A stretch of 44,877 bases of DNA from a virus (Duplodnaviria; Caudoviricetes). Made by a program: the position numbers and the translations under genes. The first letter of the stretch is position 1. Every line of letters begins with the position of its first letter. Of the stretch, positions 24,876-34,228 are shown one piece after another. The stretch spans positions 1 through 44,877 of the IMG/VR virus record IMGVR_UViG_3300048901_000305, one strand, 5' to 3'. The notes beneath the pieces are model-generated. The model did not search any database, was not told where the DNA came from, and was given only the letters and a program-made list of their open reading frames with translations.

Positions 24876-25616
24876 ATGGCTTCCTCGACCAAGCCTCTCC
24901 TGACCGCCGTAGGCGCCCTGCTCGACTCGATCATCCTGAGCTGTCGGCGGGTGGGGCAGACGCGCGACGAAAAGCTGACCCTCGCCGACATCCGAACCCA
25001 AGCCGACGTCGGGGTTTCCGGTGGCCGCACCATCAACGGCGGTCCCGCGACGACCGACGCGCTCTCCTTGGGCAGCGGCGGAGTGGTCGCGCTGAAGGTC
25101 GCCAGCGTCGCCGCAGGAGCATCGTTCGTGACAATCACCGCGGACGTTACAGACGGATTTCCTTCGATCACCGCCGCGGACGCCGGCGCGACCTGTTCGC
25201 TGTTGCTGGCATCTAAGGGCAATCGAGCTGTCACACTGAAGACCAACAGCATCAATCGGTGGAATTTTAAGGGAAACGGAAATATCGAGGACGCATCCGG
25301 GAACGGCGGCACTGCCGCTGTCAACTGGGGCATCTCGAGTGCCACCGCGCCGAGCTTCTCCTTCGTCAGCGACAACACCACGGGCGTGGGACGCGCCGGC
25401 GCTGGAAAGCTCTCGCTTACCTGTACAGCCAACGAGATCCTGCGCGCCGAGTTCTCCGGTGGAGCACCAAAACTCGGTGTGCTAGGAAAAATCGGCTCGC
25501 CCGCCCCGGCCCAGACGGGCGGCGCTCAAACAGCAACCTCTCTTTACACCGCCACCGAACAAGCGATGTTGCAGGCTGCTTACGACTGCCTGCGGACGTT
25601 CGGATTTCTGACCTAA
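24876..25616 (+). CDS. Fibre/spike-like structural protein
   Basis: Gly/Ala/Thr/Ser-rich; APSFSFVSDNTTGVGR pattern typical of fibre shafts; C-terminal CLRTFGFL. Confidence 0.65.
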   Translation: MASSTKPLLTAVGALLDSIILSCRRVGQTRDEKLTLADIRTQADVGVSGGRTINGGPATTDALSLGSGGVVALKVASVAAGASFVTITADVTDGFPSITAADAGATCSLLLASKGNRAVTLKTNSINRWNFKGNGNIEDASGNGGTAAVNWGISSATAPSFSFVSDNTTGVGRAGAGKLSLTCTANEILRAEFSGGAPKLGVLGKIGSPAPAQTGGAQTATSLYTATEQAMLQAAYDCLRTFGFLT

Positions 25617-25629
25617 GGGGAGTTGGCGG

Positions 25630-25854
25630 ATGCCCACGAAAAACGTCTCCTACGTCCAACAGCCGGTCCTCGCAACCGATCTCGTGAACCTCCATTTCGA
25701 CCGCAACGGCACCGGCTACAACGCGTCTATCACCTACGAGGTGCGCGACGCTAGCGCCGTTCGATTCACCAAGACCGTCAGCCAGGCGGTCGCTGCCTGG
25801 CCCACGAGTCTGGTAGCCATACTGGCCGCCATCAACACCGCGGAAGGCACATGA
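25630..25854 (+). CDS. Small structural or fibre-associated protein
   Basis: GGGGAG SD; in the structural operon. Confidence 0.6.
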   Translation: MPTKNVSYVQQPVLATDLVNLHFDRNGTGYNASITYEVRDASAVRFTKTVSQAVAAWPTSLVAILAAINTAEGT

Positions 25855-26279
25855 GCGCTGCCGTCTACGCCACCGTCGACCTCAAGGGCTCGGTCGATTC
25901 CGTGCCCCTGGCGCCCTTCGGCAACCTCGGCATCCCCGCGCTGTGGTCGAACCTGGCCGGCGGCGCTTTGGTGCAGAACGAGGTCTCGATCGCCAACGGT
26001 GCGACCTTCACCTTCTGGGACGCCACGATCTCGGCGGTGTCGGCGGTCGACGGCATGGCTCTCTGGGCGGACGGCGCGGTCATGGTGGAGCTCCAGGGGA
26101 CCACGGCGGCCGATTCCTCCCACTTCGAGGTTCGCGAGTTCTTCCCCACCCTCATCGCGAGCGGGAACACCCTCGGGGCCGGCGGGGCCTTCGCCGGCGC
26201 GGCCCAGGTCTTCAAGAAGGGACTCGCCAAGAACACCAGCGGGGCGACCCGCCGCTTTCGGTACATGATGCTGCCGTAA
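25851..26279 (+). CDS. Structural hypothetical protein
   Basis: ATGA overlap; beta-rich. Confidence 0.65.
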   Translation: MSAAVYATVDLKGSVDSVPLAPFGNLGIPALWSNLAGGALVQNEVSIANGATFTFWDATISAVSAVDGMALWADGAVMVELQGTTAADSSHFEVREFFPTLIASGNTLGAGGAFAGAAQVFKKGLAKNTSGATRRFRYMMLP

Positions 26280-26292
26280 AAGGAGAAAAACC

Positions 26293-26478
26293 ATGGCAGG
26301 ACACGACAAGTTCTCCGGAATGGGCGATGCCCGCCCCCTCGGCCCCACCACCGGAAAGCCCAACGCGGGCGGCTTCAAGCCGGTCAAGCACGCCTTCGCC
26401 GGCGAGGACGACAACCGGCCGCACACCAGCACGAAGGACTCGCCCGCGCTCAAGGGCCTCCAGAAGGGCGGGAAGTAG
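26293..26478 (+). CDS. Small Gly/Lys-rich protein
   Basis: AAAGGAG SD. Confidence 0.65.
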   Translation: MAGHDKFSGMGDARPLGPTTGKPNAGGFKPVKHAFAGEDDNRPHTSTKDSPALKGLQKGGK

Positions 26479-26481
26479 GCC

Positions 26482-27150
26482 ATGTTCCGGCCGCAACCGG
26501 GACTGCCGTCTGACCCGGCGGCGGCCATTCAGAGCCTGCGCGGTCAGCTCGCCCGGCCCGGCTTCACGGGAGGAGCGCAGGACATGATGCTTCGGCGCCC
26601 CTCGCCTCCCGGTTCCACTCAGCCGGGTTACGGGGCTCCGCCGGCGCGCAGCGGTCGTCCGATGCCGAAGCCGGCGCAGATGCCGATCCGGCCGGGCTCG
26701 GGAGGATCGCAGGTGTCGGACCAGGTGGACCGCCGCCCCATGCCGCCCGGTAGTCTGGACGCCATGAACAACGCCGCTGCGAACAACCCCCTCGCCGCCC
26801 TCCACGGTGTTGGGGCTCCGCCAAGCCCGACGGGGCTGGTGCCACCGCGGCCGGTTGTCAATGCCGCCGTCGGCGCACCCATGGCCTTCCGTCCGAACGA
26901 GATTCCTCAGGCTCCGCCGCGGCCGGTCGTAGCCCAGCCCCAAGCGATGATCCCCACCGAGGTTTTCCAGGCCCCCCCCGCGGCCAGCAACACCGGGTTC
27001 TCAGCCGGCGGCGGCGGTCTCCGCCCCATGATCCCCGACGAGAGCGGCGGCGTTGGCCCGCTCCTGCCGAACGGCCAGCCGATGGGCGGCCAGAACCCGG
27101 CCTACCAGGGCCAGGTGCGCGCGGCTCTGGGGAGGATGTTCCAGCAGTGA
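26482..27150 (+). CDS. Pro/Gly/Met-rich low-complexity protein
   Basis: 222-aa ORF in the operon; likely disordered. Confidence 0.6.
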   Translation: MFRPQPGLPSDPAAAIQSLRGQLARPGFTGGAQDMMLRRPSPPGSTQPGYGAPPARSGRPMPKPAQMPIRPGSGGSQVSDQVDRRPMPPGSLDAMNNAAANNPLAALHGVGAPPSPTGLVPPRPVVNAAVGAPMAFRPNEIPQAPPRPVVAQPQAMIPTEVFQAPPAASNTGFSAGGGGLRPMIPDESGGVGPLLPNGQPMGGQNPAYQGQVRAALGRMFQQ

Positions 27151-27326
27151 GCCACGGGCCGGTGCCTGAGAAGGCGCAGCGGGTGGTCGCTTACTCCCCG
27201 GGGGCGATCCAGGATTTGATCGAGCGCGAGGGACCCATCGCGATCCGATGGAACCCCACAATCCGAGTCAGCGTGGAAAACGGCGCCCTCATCTGGGAGG
27301 CGTCTCAGCAGGAGGTTCTCGGGTGA
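27147..27326 (+). CDS. 59-aa hypothetical protein
   Basis: GTGA overlaps at both ends; ...VVAYSPGAIQDLIEREGPIAIRWNPTIRVSVENGALIWEAS...; below the ORF-track cutoff. Confidence 0.55.
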   Translation: MSHGPVPEKAQRVVAYSPGAIQDLIEREGPIAIRWNPTIRVSVENGALIWEASQQEVLG

Positions 27327-28117
27327 GCGACGAGCCGGCGAAGAAGTTGAAGAAGATCAGAGCTGACCGACCCGGAGCGATTCCCGACGAGGCCTGGGAT
27401 CCAAAGTTCAAGCCCGGCCGCTGCCCCACCTGGTGGACCCCGGACGAGGTGCTCCGGCGCCTCGGCGAGGGCCAGGCCGTCGGCGAGATCGCCTCCAAGG
27501 CCGGCAAGGAGCGCGGCTTCACCAAGCGCCAGGCCCTGGCCGACATCGACGCATGGAAGAAGTCCCCGGTCTGGGCCGTTCGCTTCCAGGAGGCGCTCGC
27601 CGTCTTCGAGAGGAAGGGCGGTCGCGACGTCGTGGGGAAGGGCTGGTACAACGAGTTCTACCGGGCGATGGAGGCGACCGAGGGGAAGGTGCAGGCCGCG
27701 TGCGACCGGATGGGCATCTCCTCGGCCCTGGTCTACGCCCGCCTCGATCGACGGAACGTCGTCTACGACGCCGACTTCGCCGAGCAGGTGCGCATCCTGG
27801 AGGGGGCCCGCTACTCGAAGATCCGGGAGAGCTTCCTGGACGAGGCGGCGCGGGGCGACACCCGCGCCGCGGCCAAGGTACTTGAGGCCGCCATGCCCGA
27901 GCTCCACAATGCGAAGCACGAGGTCCGCCTGGAGGGCCAGGTCGATCACCGACATGTCCACATGATCCTCACCCCCGAGGTGGTGGCGGCGAGCGCTAGC
28001 CGGACGAAGACGCTGCTCGCCGGCCGCCAGCCGGTCAACGCCGTGGCCGGCCAGGTCGGACAGCAGCTCGAAGCCTACGCCGGCAACGCCCCGCTGGTGA
28101 TCGAGGTGCCGCGGTGA
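27323..28117 (+). CDS. Terminase small subunit (putative)
   Basis: AGGAGG SD; two HTH-like segments; GDTRAAAKVLE and EVRLEGQVDH tail; upstream of TerL. Confidence 0.7.
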   Translation: MSDEPAKKLKKIRADRPGAIPDEAWDPKFKPGRCPTWWTPDEVLRRLGEGQAVGEIASKAGKERGFTKRQALADIDAWKKSPVWAVRFQEALAVFERKGGRDVVGKGWYNEFYRAMEATEGKVQAACDRMGISSALVYARLDRRNVVYDADFAEQVRILEGARYSKIRESFLDEAARGDTRAAAKVLEAAMPELHNAKHEVRLEGQVDHRHVHMILTPEVVAASASRTKTLLAGRQPVNAVAGQVGQQLEAYAGNAPLVIEVPR

Positions 28118-28320
28118 GCAAGCCCTGCGCTGAGGCTTCGGTGTGGCGCGACAACTCGGCGCCTGCCTTTACGGCTGCTACACCGCAAGGGTCCCACCCG
28201 GCCTGGTATTACACGATCAACGGAAGGAATTGGGGACCCTACTACACCCGGGCCGACGCAGAAGCTGCGCTCCGCGGCTGGGGCCAGGCCGAGAACGTCC
28301 TTGAGCGGGCGGGTCGGTAG
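28114..28320 (+). CDS. Small hypothetical protein between TerS and TerL
   Basis: GTGA overlap; WGPYYTRADAEAAL. Confidence 0.55.
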   Translation: MSKPCAEASVWRDNSAPAFTAATPQGSHPAWYYTINGRNWGPYYTRADAEAALRGWGQAENVLERAGR

Positions 28321-28328
28321 GAGGCGGC

Positions 28329-30140
28329 GTGTACGTCCGCTACCACGAGCGCCTGACCGACCAGACGCTGGACGTCGAGATCCCCGACACCCGGGATCAA
28401 GCCTTCGACGCCATCGCCCTCCTCGACCGGCTCGCCCACGAGGACCCCGCCGCGTGGAAGGCGACCTACAGGCAGCTCACCGCCTGCGACTGGTACGTCC
28501 TCGCCCTCTGCCTGTCCGGCGCGCAGCGGCTCGACCCCTTCACCGGCCGCCCCGAGCTCGACTGCGACTTCCAGTTCAACTTCGGCCGGGAGATGCAGTT
28601 TGAAGGGGACGGCGTGCTCGACAAGAGCGCCCGCGGCCACTTCAAGAGCTTCTGGCGGGCCTACGTGGGGGTGACCAACGTCGTCCTCAACGACCCCGAC
28701 ATCACCGCGGCGATCATCGCCCACAACCAAAAGGCCGCCCTCAAGCACGGAATGCGGACCAAGATGGAATGGGAGGAGAACCTCGAGCTGAAGTTAGCCT
28801 GGGAGGACGTCTTCTACGCCAACCCCCTCGAGGAGAGCCCGGTCTGGAACAACGATAAGGGATGGACCGTCAAGCGCCGGATCACCGCCGTCCTCCCCAC
28901 GCTCTCCTGCTGGGGGATCTCTTCGCCGCCAGTCGGCTCCCGCGTGGGGCTTTTCATCCCCGACGACGTGGAGACCGACGTTACGATGGCGAACGAGGAC
29001 ATGCGGAAGCAGACCAAGGAGCAGTTCCAGAGCTTCTTGAAGCTCGCAGGGCGTGCCCCGCGGATCTGGCCCAACGGCACCCACCACCACGCTGATGGGC
29101 TGGTCTCCGACCTCGAGGCCTCCGAAGCCTTCCGCGTCCGCTGCCACCCCGCCGAGGACGTCAACCTGCCGGCGCCGGACATCGCCGCCCTCTTCGACGC
29201 CGCTGGCGGGTACCTGCCGACCGTCTCCCGCCTGGCGGGGGAGGGGGAGGCCGTTGAGCCTGGCGGCCGGCAGCGGCTCCCCCCTGGCGTGCGGAACGTC
29301 CGCCTCGACGGCGCGGCCACCTTCCTGCACCCGCTCGAGCTCGCCCACGAGAGGTTGAAGGCCATGGCGACCCCTGGGGGCCTCGCCTCCTACTACCAGC
29401 AGTTCATGGGGGACGCCCGCGCCGGCCAGGCACGGCGCTTCGAGGAAGAGTGGTTCCCGCGCTACCGCGGCCGGCCGGAGGAGCGAGCCCGCGACCAGCG
29501 GCTCGTCCTGCTGATCGACCCGTCGAAGGGGATCAACGACCCGACGGTGGCGCTGATGGTGGCGCTCCACGCGGACCAGACCCACTCCCTGGTGGGCGCC
29601 ATCCGCAAGAAGATCCCGCCCTCGGCCTTCGGGGCGGAGATGTTCGCCTTCTGGGCCCGCTGGGAGCAGATCGGCACCTTCACCCATTGCCGGGTCGAGA
29701 TCTACGCGCAGGCGATCTGGGACACGGTGTTGACCGAGTATTGGGCCAGCCGGAACCGCTACCTCCAGGTGGCAGCCGTGGGCCGCAACGTTGACGCGAT
29801 CGGCCGCTACTGGAACATGATCGAACCCATGGCACGGAATGGCCGGATCTGGCTGCCCGAGACCCCGATCCTGGCGGAGGACGAGTTCGGCATCCCCTAC
29901 GACCTGGTCGAGTTCATGCTCAAGAAGGAGTTCAAGAACTTCCCGACCATGGCGACCGACGACTGCCTGGCGGCCTGGGCGCTCCTGGGCGAGCCGGCGG
30001 TGCCGAAGAAGATCCCCGAGCTTGAATACCCTTCCGACTACGATGAGGACCTTCGCGACCGCGGCGAGCACCGGCTCTGGGAGCGCCAGGAAGAGCGGCT
30101 CGGCGGCGACGGCGATGGGGCCTGGATGGAGGCTTGGTGA
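28329..30140 (+). CDS. Terminase large subunit
   Basis: ARGHFKS Walker A variant; PDDVET Walker B; NGT coupling motif; nuclease LIDPS and TDDCL. Confidence 0.9.
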   Translation: MYVRYHERLTDQTLDVEIPDTRDQAFDAIALLDRLAHEDPAAWKATYRQLTACDWYVLALCLSGAQRLDPFTGRPELDCDFQFNFGREMQFEGDGVLDKSARGHFKSFWRAYVGVTNVVLNDPDITAAIIAHNQKAALKHGMRTKMEWEENLELKLAWEDVFYANPLEESPVWNNDKGWTVKRRITAVLPTLSCWGISSPPVGSRVGLFIPDDVETDVTMANEDMRKQTKEQFQSFLKLAGRAPRIWPNGTHHHADGLVSDLEASEAFRVRCHPAEDVNLPAPDIAALFDAAGGYLPTVSRLAGEGEAVEPGGRQRLPPGVRNVRLDGAATFLHPLELAHERLKAMATPGGLASYYQQFMGDARAGQARRFEEEWFPRYRGRPEERARDQRLVLLIDPSKGINDPTVALMVALHADQTHSLVGAIRKKIPPSAFGAEMFAFWARWEQIGTFTHCRVEIYAQAIWDTVLTEYWASRNRYLQVAAVGRNVDAIGRYWNMIEPMARNGRIWLPETPILAEDEFGIPYDLVEFMLKKEFKNFPTMATDDCLAAWALLGEPAVPKKIPELEYPSDYDEDLRDRGEHRLWERQEERLGGDGDGAWMEAW

Positions 30141-30161
30141 TGGCCGCCCTGGAGGAGGTCG

Positions 30162-32339
30162 ATGCCTGACGTATCCGCAGAGTGGCCCCGCGGCACCCCA
30201 GGCAAGCCGTCCTCCCTCTCCCTGGTCGACCGCATCCGCCAGCGGCGCACCGACGGGATGAACCACTGCAAGGAGATCCACGAGGAGGCGACCAAGCTTC
30301 AGAAGTTCGCCAACGGCCACCAGTGGCCCGACACCAAGGGCGCCCCTGAGGACGCAGGCCGGCGGGTTCCCAAGCTCTCCGTGAACGAGATCGGTCCCAT
30401 TCTCCAGACCTTCTCCGGTCGGGAGATGATGCAGCGCTTCTCCCGGGTCTACCTGCCGCGGCCGGGCATGGACAGCTCGGCGCGGTGGGCGGAGATCATG
30501 ACCAACGTCGACGCGGCCATGATGGACGCCTGCGATGACGAGCAGCTCGAGAGCGCCACCTTCAAGGACGGCCCCGGCATCCAGGGAGTGGCCTGGCAGC
30601 GCTGGTTCCTGAACACGCTGGAGACCGAGGACGGGAAAGCGAAGCTCGACAAGAAGCCGATCCCGATCTGGTCCATGCTCTGGGATCCCAACGCGAAGGA
30701 GGTCAACCTCAAGGACCGGACCTGGCACTGCCTCGGCGAGTGGTGGGACCGTGCCGAGGTGGAGGACCGCTGGCCTGTCGCGGCCCGGAAGGGCCTCGCC
30801 GGCCAGGGCTGGCTCGCCGGCGCCAACGAGAAGTCCTCACGCATCCCGTGGATGGGGATGGAGGGCAACAAGAAGCTCGAGGTCTACGACCCGCGCGACG
30901 ACTCCCTCTTCATCGAATACTGGGAGTGGAGGGAGATCGGCAACGTCTGGACGGTCACCGTCCCCAACGACCCGAGCTCGGCCTGGGAGGACGCTATCGC
31001 CCAGGGCGCGCCGGGGGTGACGCAGGTCGAGATGGACCGCGACAAGCTCACGGCGTTTCGCGGCGACTACAAGAAGCGGCTCGGGGTCCTCCTGCCGATC
31101 GAGGCGACCACTCGGCACCCGAAGGTGCAGTACCGCTTCGCCTACGTCTGCGGCGACGAGATTCTCGAGACCGACGAGCTCCAGGGCGACGACGGCTCTC
31201 CGCTCGGCTGCTTCACCTTCCAGGCCCTGACCGGCTTCCGGTTTCCGCTCCCCGAGAAGACGACCTTCACCAGCCTGGTCTCCCGGATGATCGACCTCCA
31301 GCGGTGGATGAACGTCCTCATCTCGGCGCTCATCCGGAACATCCAGATCAACCCCAAGGGGGTGCTCTTTGTCGAGGAGGGGGTCTTCAAGCACAAGGGC
31401 GAGGCGCTGAACCAGTTCTCCTCCCCCGGCGGGGTGATCACCGTCCGGAAGGGCGCCATCAGCGGCGGCCAGAAGCCCTTCGAGTTCGTGGCCGGCGGGA
31501 CCCAAAGCTACGTCACCATGGTGGAGAGCCTCCTTCAGTACTACCAGAGCGCTCTCCCGCGGATCGCCGGCTTCAACCCTTCGGCGCTCGGCCAGATCGA
31601 CGATCCGCGGCGAGTCGCCACCCAGGTAGTGCGGGGCCTTCAGGACGCCGCCATGGCCGCCAACGCCGAGCCCTTCGACGCTCTCCGTCACCACCGCCGC
31701 GAGGGCGGCAGGATCTTCACCCGGCTCCTCTACGCCTACTTCGAGCCCGAGGATCTGGCCGAGTACATCGGCGAGGAGCTCGCCTGGCGGACGGTGCAGG
31801 AGGGGCAGCAGATCCCCGGCCCAGATGGCCAGCCGCTCGCGGTGGGCGCGAAGGTGATCGGCCCGGACGGCCAGCCGGTCTCCGCGATCCCGCCGAAGAG
31901 CGCCTGGCTCAACTGCTGGAAGTCCATCTCGGTCGAGGAGGTCACGCCGAGCGGGGACGCCTTGCAGGCCCTGTGGGATTCGATCATGCAGGCCGGCGGC
32001 GGACCCGAGTTCTTCACCATGATCCACCCCGACACCGGGAAGCCCCTCTTCTCCGCGGTCGACCAGGTGAAGATGATTCCGCGCCTGCCGACCGCCCTCC
32101 GGGAGGAGATGCTCACCAGGGTGAAGCTCCAGACCCAGCAGGCGCAGGCGCAGGCGCAGCAGCCGCCCCAGCCGCCGCCGCCCCAGGTCTCGATGTCCCT
32201 CAAGGACATCATGGCCTTCAGCACCCAGGCGGCGATCGAGGCGCTGGCGCAGCGCAACATCACGGTTCAACCCCAGGAGGTGACGCCCCAGCCGCCCCCT
32301 GCACAACCCCCGGCCGCCCCCGCGGCCCCAGCGCAGTAA
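30162..32339 (+). CDS. Portal protein (P22-like)
   Basis: 725 aa after TerL; FANGHQW, PKLSVNEIGP, MLWDPNA, MIDLQRWMN; Gln/Pro tail. Confidence 0.88.
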   Translation: MPDVSAEWPRGTPGKPSSLSLVDRIRQRRTDGMNHCKEIHEEATKLQKFANGHQWPDTKGAPEDAGRRVPKLSVNEIGPILQTFSGREMMQRFSRVYLPRPGMDSSARWAEIMTNVDAAMMDACDDEQLESATFKDGPGIQGVAWQRWFLNTLETEDGKAKLDKKPIPIWSMLWDPNAKEVNLKDRTWHCLGEWWDRAEVEDRWPVAARKGLAGQGWLAGANEKSSRIPWMGMEGNKKLEVYDPRDDSLFIEYWEWREIGNVWTVTVPNDPSSAWEDAIAQGAPGVTQVEMDRDKLTAFRGDYKKRLGVLLPIEATTRHPKVQYRFAYVCGDEILETDELQGDDGSPLGCFTFQALTGFRFPLPEKTTFTSLVSRMIDLQRWMNVLISALIRNIQINPKGVLFVEEGVFKHKGEALNQFSSPGGVITVRKGAISGGQKPFEFVAGGTQSYVTMVESLLQYYQSALPRIAGFNPSALGQIDDPRRVATQVVRGLQDAAMAANAEPFDALRHHRREGGRIFTRLLYAYFEPEDLAEYIGEELAWRTVQEGQQIPGPDGQPLAVGAKVIGPDGQPVSAIPPKSAWLNCWKSISVEEVTPSGDALQALWDSIMQAGGGPEFFTMIHPDTGKPLFSAVDQVKMIPRLPTALREEMLTRVKLQTQQAQAQAQQPPQPPPPQVSMSLKDIMAFSTQAAIEALAQRNITVQPQEVTPQPPPAQPPAAPAAPAQ

Positions 32340-32351
32340 GAGGAGAGAGCG

Positions 32352-32414
32352 ATGGAGCAACTACCCACGCCCGAGGTGGCGCGAATCATCGTCGAGGAGG
32401 TGACCCGTGTCTGA
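32352..32414 (+). CDS. 20-aa mini-ORF
   Basis: GAGGAG SD; MEQLPTPEVARIIVEEVTRV*. Confidence 0.4.
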   Translation: MEQLPTPEVARIIVEEVTRV

Positions 32415-32590
32415 GGAGGCGCGGCGAGCCGAGCTGGCCGAGAAGCTGACGGCCGCGTGCTGGGAGCGCCTCCGGGAGACCTGGGGCGGCCCATCCTTTG
32501 ACCGCACCTGGGAGAGCCTGACCGAGGAGACCCGGGACGAGATCCGCGGCTTCTTCGCCCCCCTTCGCGAGGAGGTGACCCGTGGCTGAG
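32393..32590. repeat. 23-bp direct repeats (SD plus start codon) flanking a small gene
   Basis: CGAGGAGGTGACCCGTG(T/G)CTGAG at 32393-32415 and 32568-32590. Confidence 0.9.
32407..32589 (+). CDS. Small hypothetical protein
   Basis: GGAGG SD; TWESLTEETRD motif. Confidence 0.6.
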   Translation: MSEEARRAELAEKLTAACWERLRETWGGPSFDRTWESLTEETRDEIRGFFAPLREEVTRG

Positions 32591-33721
32591 AACGAGGAAG
32601 GCAGCAACCCCGAGCCGGACGACGCCGACCTGATCGCCGACCTCGACGGACCCGAAGCCTTCGAGGGCGTGGTTCCCGAGAAGCCCGCGGGAGCGCCGCC
32701 CCCACGCGAGCGCGAGGCGAAGCCGGCGCCAGCCGGGACGAAACCGGCTTCCGGCGAACCGGTCGCCCCCGCCCCGGGTGAGCTCCCCGACGATCTGAAG
32801 CGTGACCTTGCCGCAGAAGGTCTCCCGATCCGCGCCGGCGAGCCCGAGAGCACCGCCCGCGCCCGCCTCACCCATCACCTTCGGGGGAAGAACGCCTCGA
32901 TGCTCCGGGAGGCGAAGGAGGCTCGCCAGGAGCTGAAGGCTCTCCGCGCCCAGACGGAGGAGATCCTCCGCCAGCAGTGGCGCCAGGCGAACGGCCAGCA
33001 GACCGAGGAGGATCTGCGGCGGGCGGCCATCCCGGACGCCGACCTCGACCCCGCCGGCTACACCGCCTGGGCGATGAAACAGCTCCTCGAGGAGCGCGAG
33101 AAGGAGCGGATCTCCCAGGCCGAGTTCGAGCAGCGGAAAGCCGAGCTGGAAGAGCACCAGGCCGCCGTCAACGAGCTGGACCGCCAGGCCGTGGACGCGA
33201 TCGCCTACGCCACGGGGGCCCGGCCGGACGGCTCCTATGGGGAGCCGGCGGACCCGGAGGCCTACGACGCCTACTTCTGGAACGTCACCCGCGGCTACGA
33301 GACCTTCGCCGCCCTCTACCCCACGGCGAGCCACGAGCAGATCGAGGCCATGCTGGCTGCCCAGCAGCAGCTCGACATGCGGACTCTCGTCTCCCAGGGT
33401 CGAGACCCAATCGAGGTGCTGAAGGCGTATGCCCGCGCCCAGAGCGGCGGCCGATACCGGGAGGAGGTCGCCGCGGTGCGGGCGGCGGTGGCGGCCAAGA
33501 AGAACGGCGGCCAGCCCCCGGCGCCCAAGCCGGCGCCGGCGAAGAACCCGGCCCGGCGCTCCGCCGTCTCGCCATCGCCCAGCGCCCGCTCCGGCGCCCC
33601 CACGCGGGAGATCAACCCCGCCACGATGGAAGAAGACGAGTTCGTGGAGGCGGCGCTCGCCGGGCGCTTCGACCGAGAGGCGAACACGGTGAAGAACTAC
33701 GGGAGGCGGTATGGAGCGTGA
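32582..33721 (+). CDS. Capsid scaffolding protein (putative)
   Basis: Acidic, helical coiled coil between portal and capsid. Confidence 0.75.
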   Translation: MAENEEGSNPEPDDADLIADLDGPEAFEGVVPEKPAGAPPPREREAKPAPAGTKPASGEPVAPAPGELPDDLKRDLAAEGLPIRAGEPESTARARLTHHLRGKNASMLREAKEARQELKALRAQTEEILRQQWRQANGQQTEEDLRRAAIPDADLDPAGYTAWAMKQLLEEREKERISQAEFEQRKAELEEHQAAVNELDRQAVDAIAYATGARPDGSYGEPADPEAYDAYFWNVTRGYETFAALYPTASHEQIEAMLAAQQQLDMRTLVSQGRDPIEVLKAYARAQSGGRYREEVAAVRAAVAAKKNGGQPPAPKPAPAKNPARRSAVSPSPSARSGAPTREINPATMEEDEFVEAALAGRFDREANTVKNYGRRYGA

Positions 33722-33962
33722 TCCCGATCGCCGGGCCAAGCTCTTCGCTTCTGTCATCCGGGAGCTCGACCGCGCGGCCTGGGCGGAACGTCGGGGCAAG
33801 ACGGCGATGGTCGCAGACGCTCTTCGCTGCGCCTGGGCACAGTGGCAGGGGTATGCCACCCAGGGGCCGCCGAGGGCGCCCAACGCATTTCAGGGCGCTA
33901 TCGTTCCCCGCGATCCCTTCCGCTCGGCGGAGCCCGGCCCCGGATGGAGGCTCTCCCGCTGA
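33711..33962 (+). CDS. Hypothetical protein
   Basis: GGAGG SD; overlaps the scaffold stop. Confidence 0.5.
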   Translation: MERDPDRRAKLFASVIRELDRAAWAERRGKTAMVADALRCAWAQWQGYATQGPPRAPNAFQGAIVPRDPFRSAEPGPGWRLSR

Positions 33963-33969
33963 TGCCAAT

Positions 33970-33998
33970 TTGACACCCATCTTGCGCTGCCGTACCAT
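33970..33998 (+). promoter_or_regulatory. Late promoter 2 (capsid operon)
   Basis: TTGACA-N17-TACCAT; -10 box flanked by a perfect 12-bp inverted repeat. Confidence 0.75.
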
Positions 33999-34004
33999 CT
34001 CCGG

Positions 34005-34228
34005 CAGCGCAAGCTCTTCAGACGGCCCCGCTCCCCGCCGCCGGCAGCACCCAGAAGCGAGAGCCCAGGTAGAGAGTCGGCTCCCCCGCCTGCCACCAAA
34101 AGGGGGAGCCAAGAGGGTAGAACAGACCCCCCGCCCTCGCCGAAAAGGGGAGTCCTGGAGGACCGGCCGGCCTCTGACCGCGGCCTGAAACCAGGAACCC
34201 TTGAACTACCCCTTTCGGAGGTACCCCG
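34005..34228 (+). promoter_or_regulatory. Structured 5' leader of the major capsid gene
   Basis: Twin hairpins 34079-34110 and 34126-34154; TCCTGG/CCAGGA stem; hairpin covering the GGAGG SD. Confidence 0.5.
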
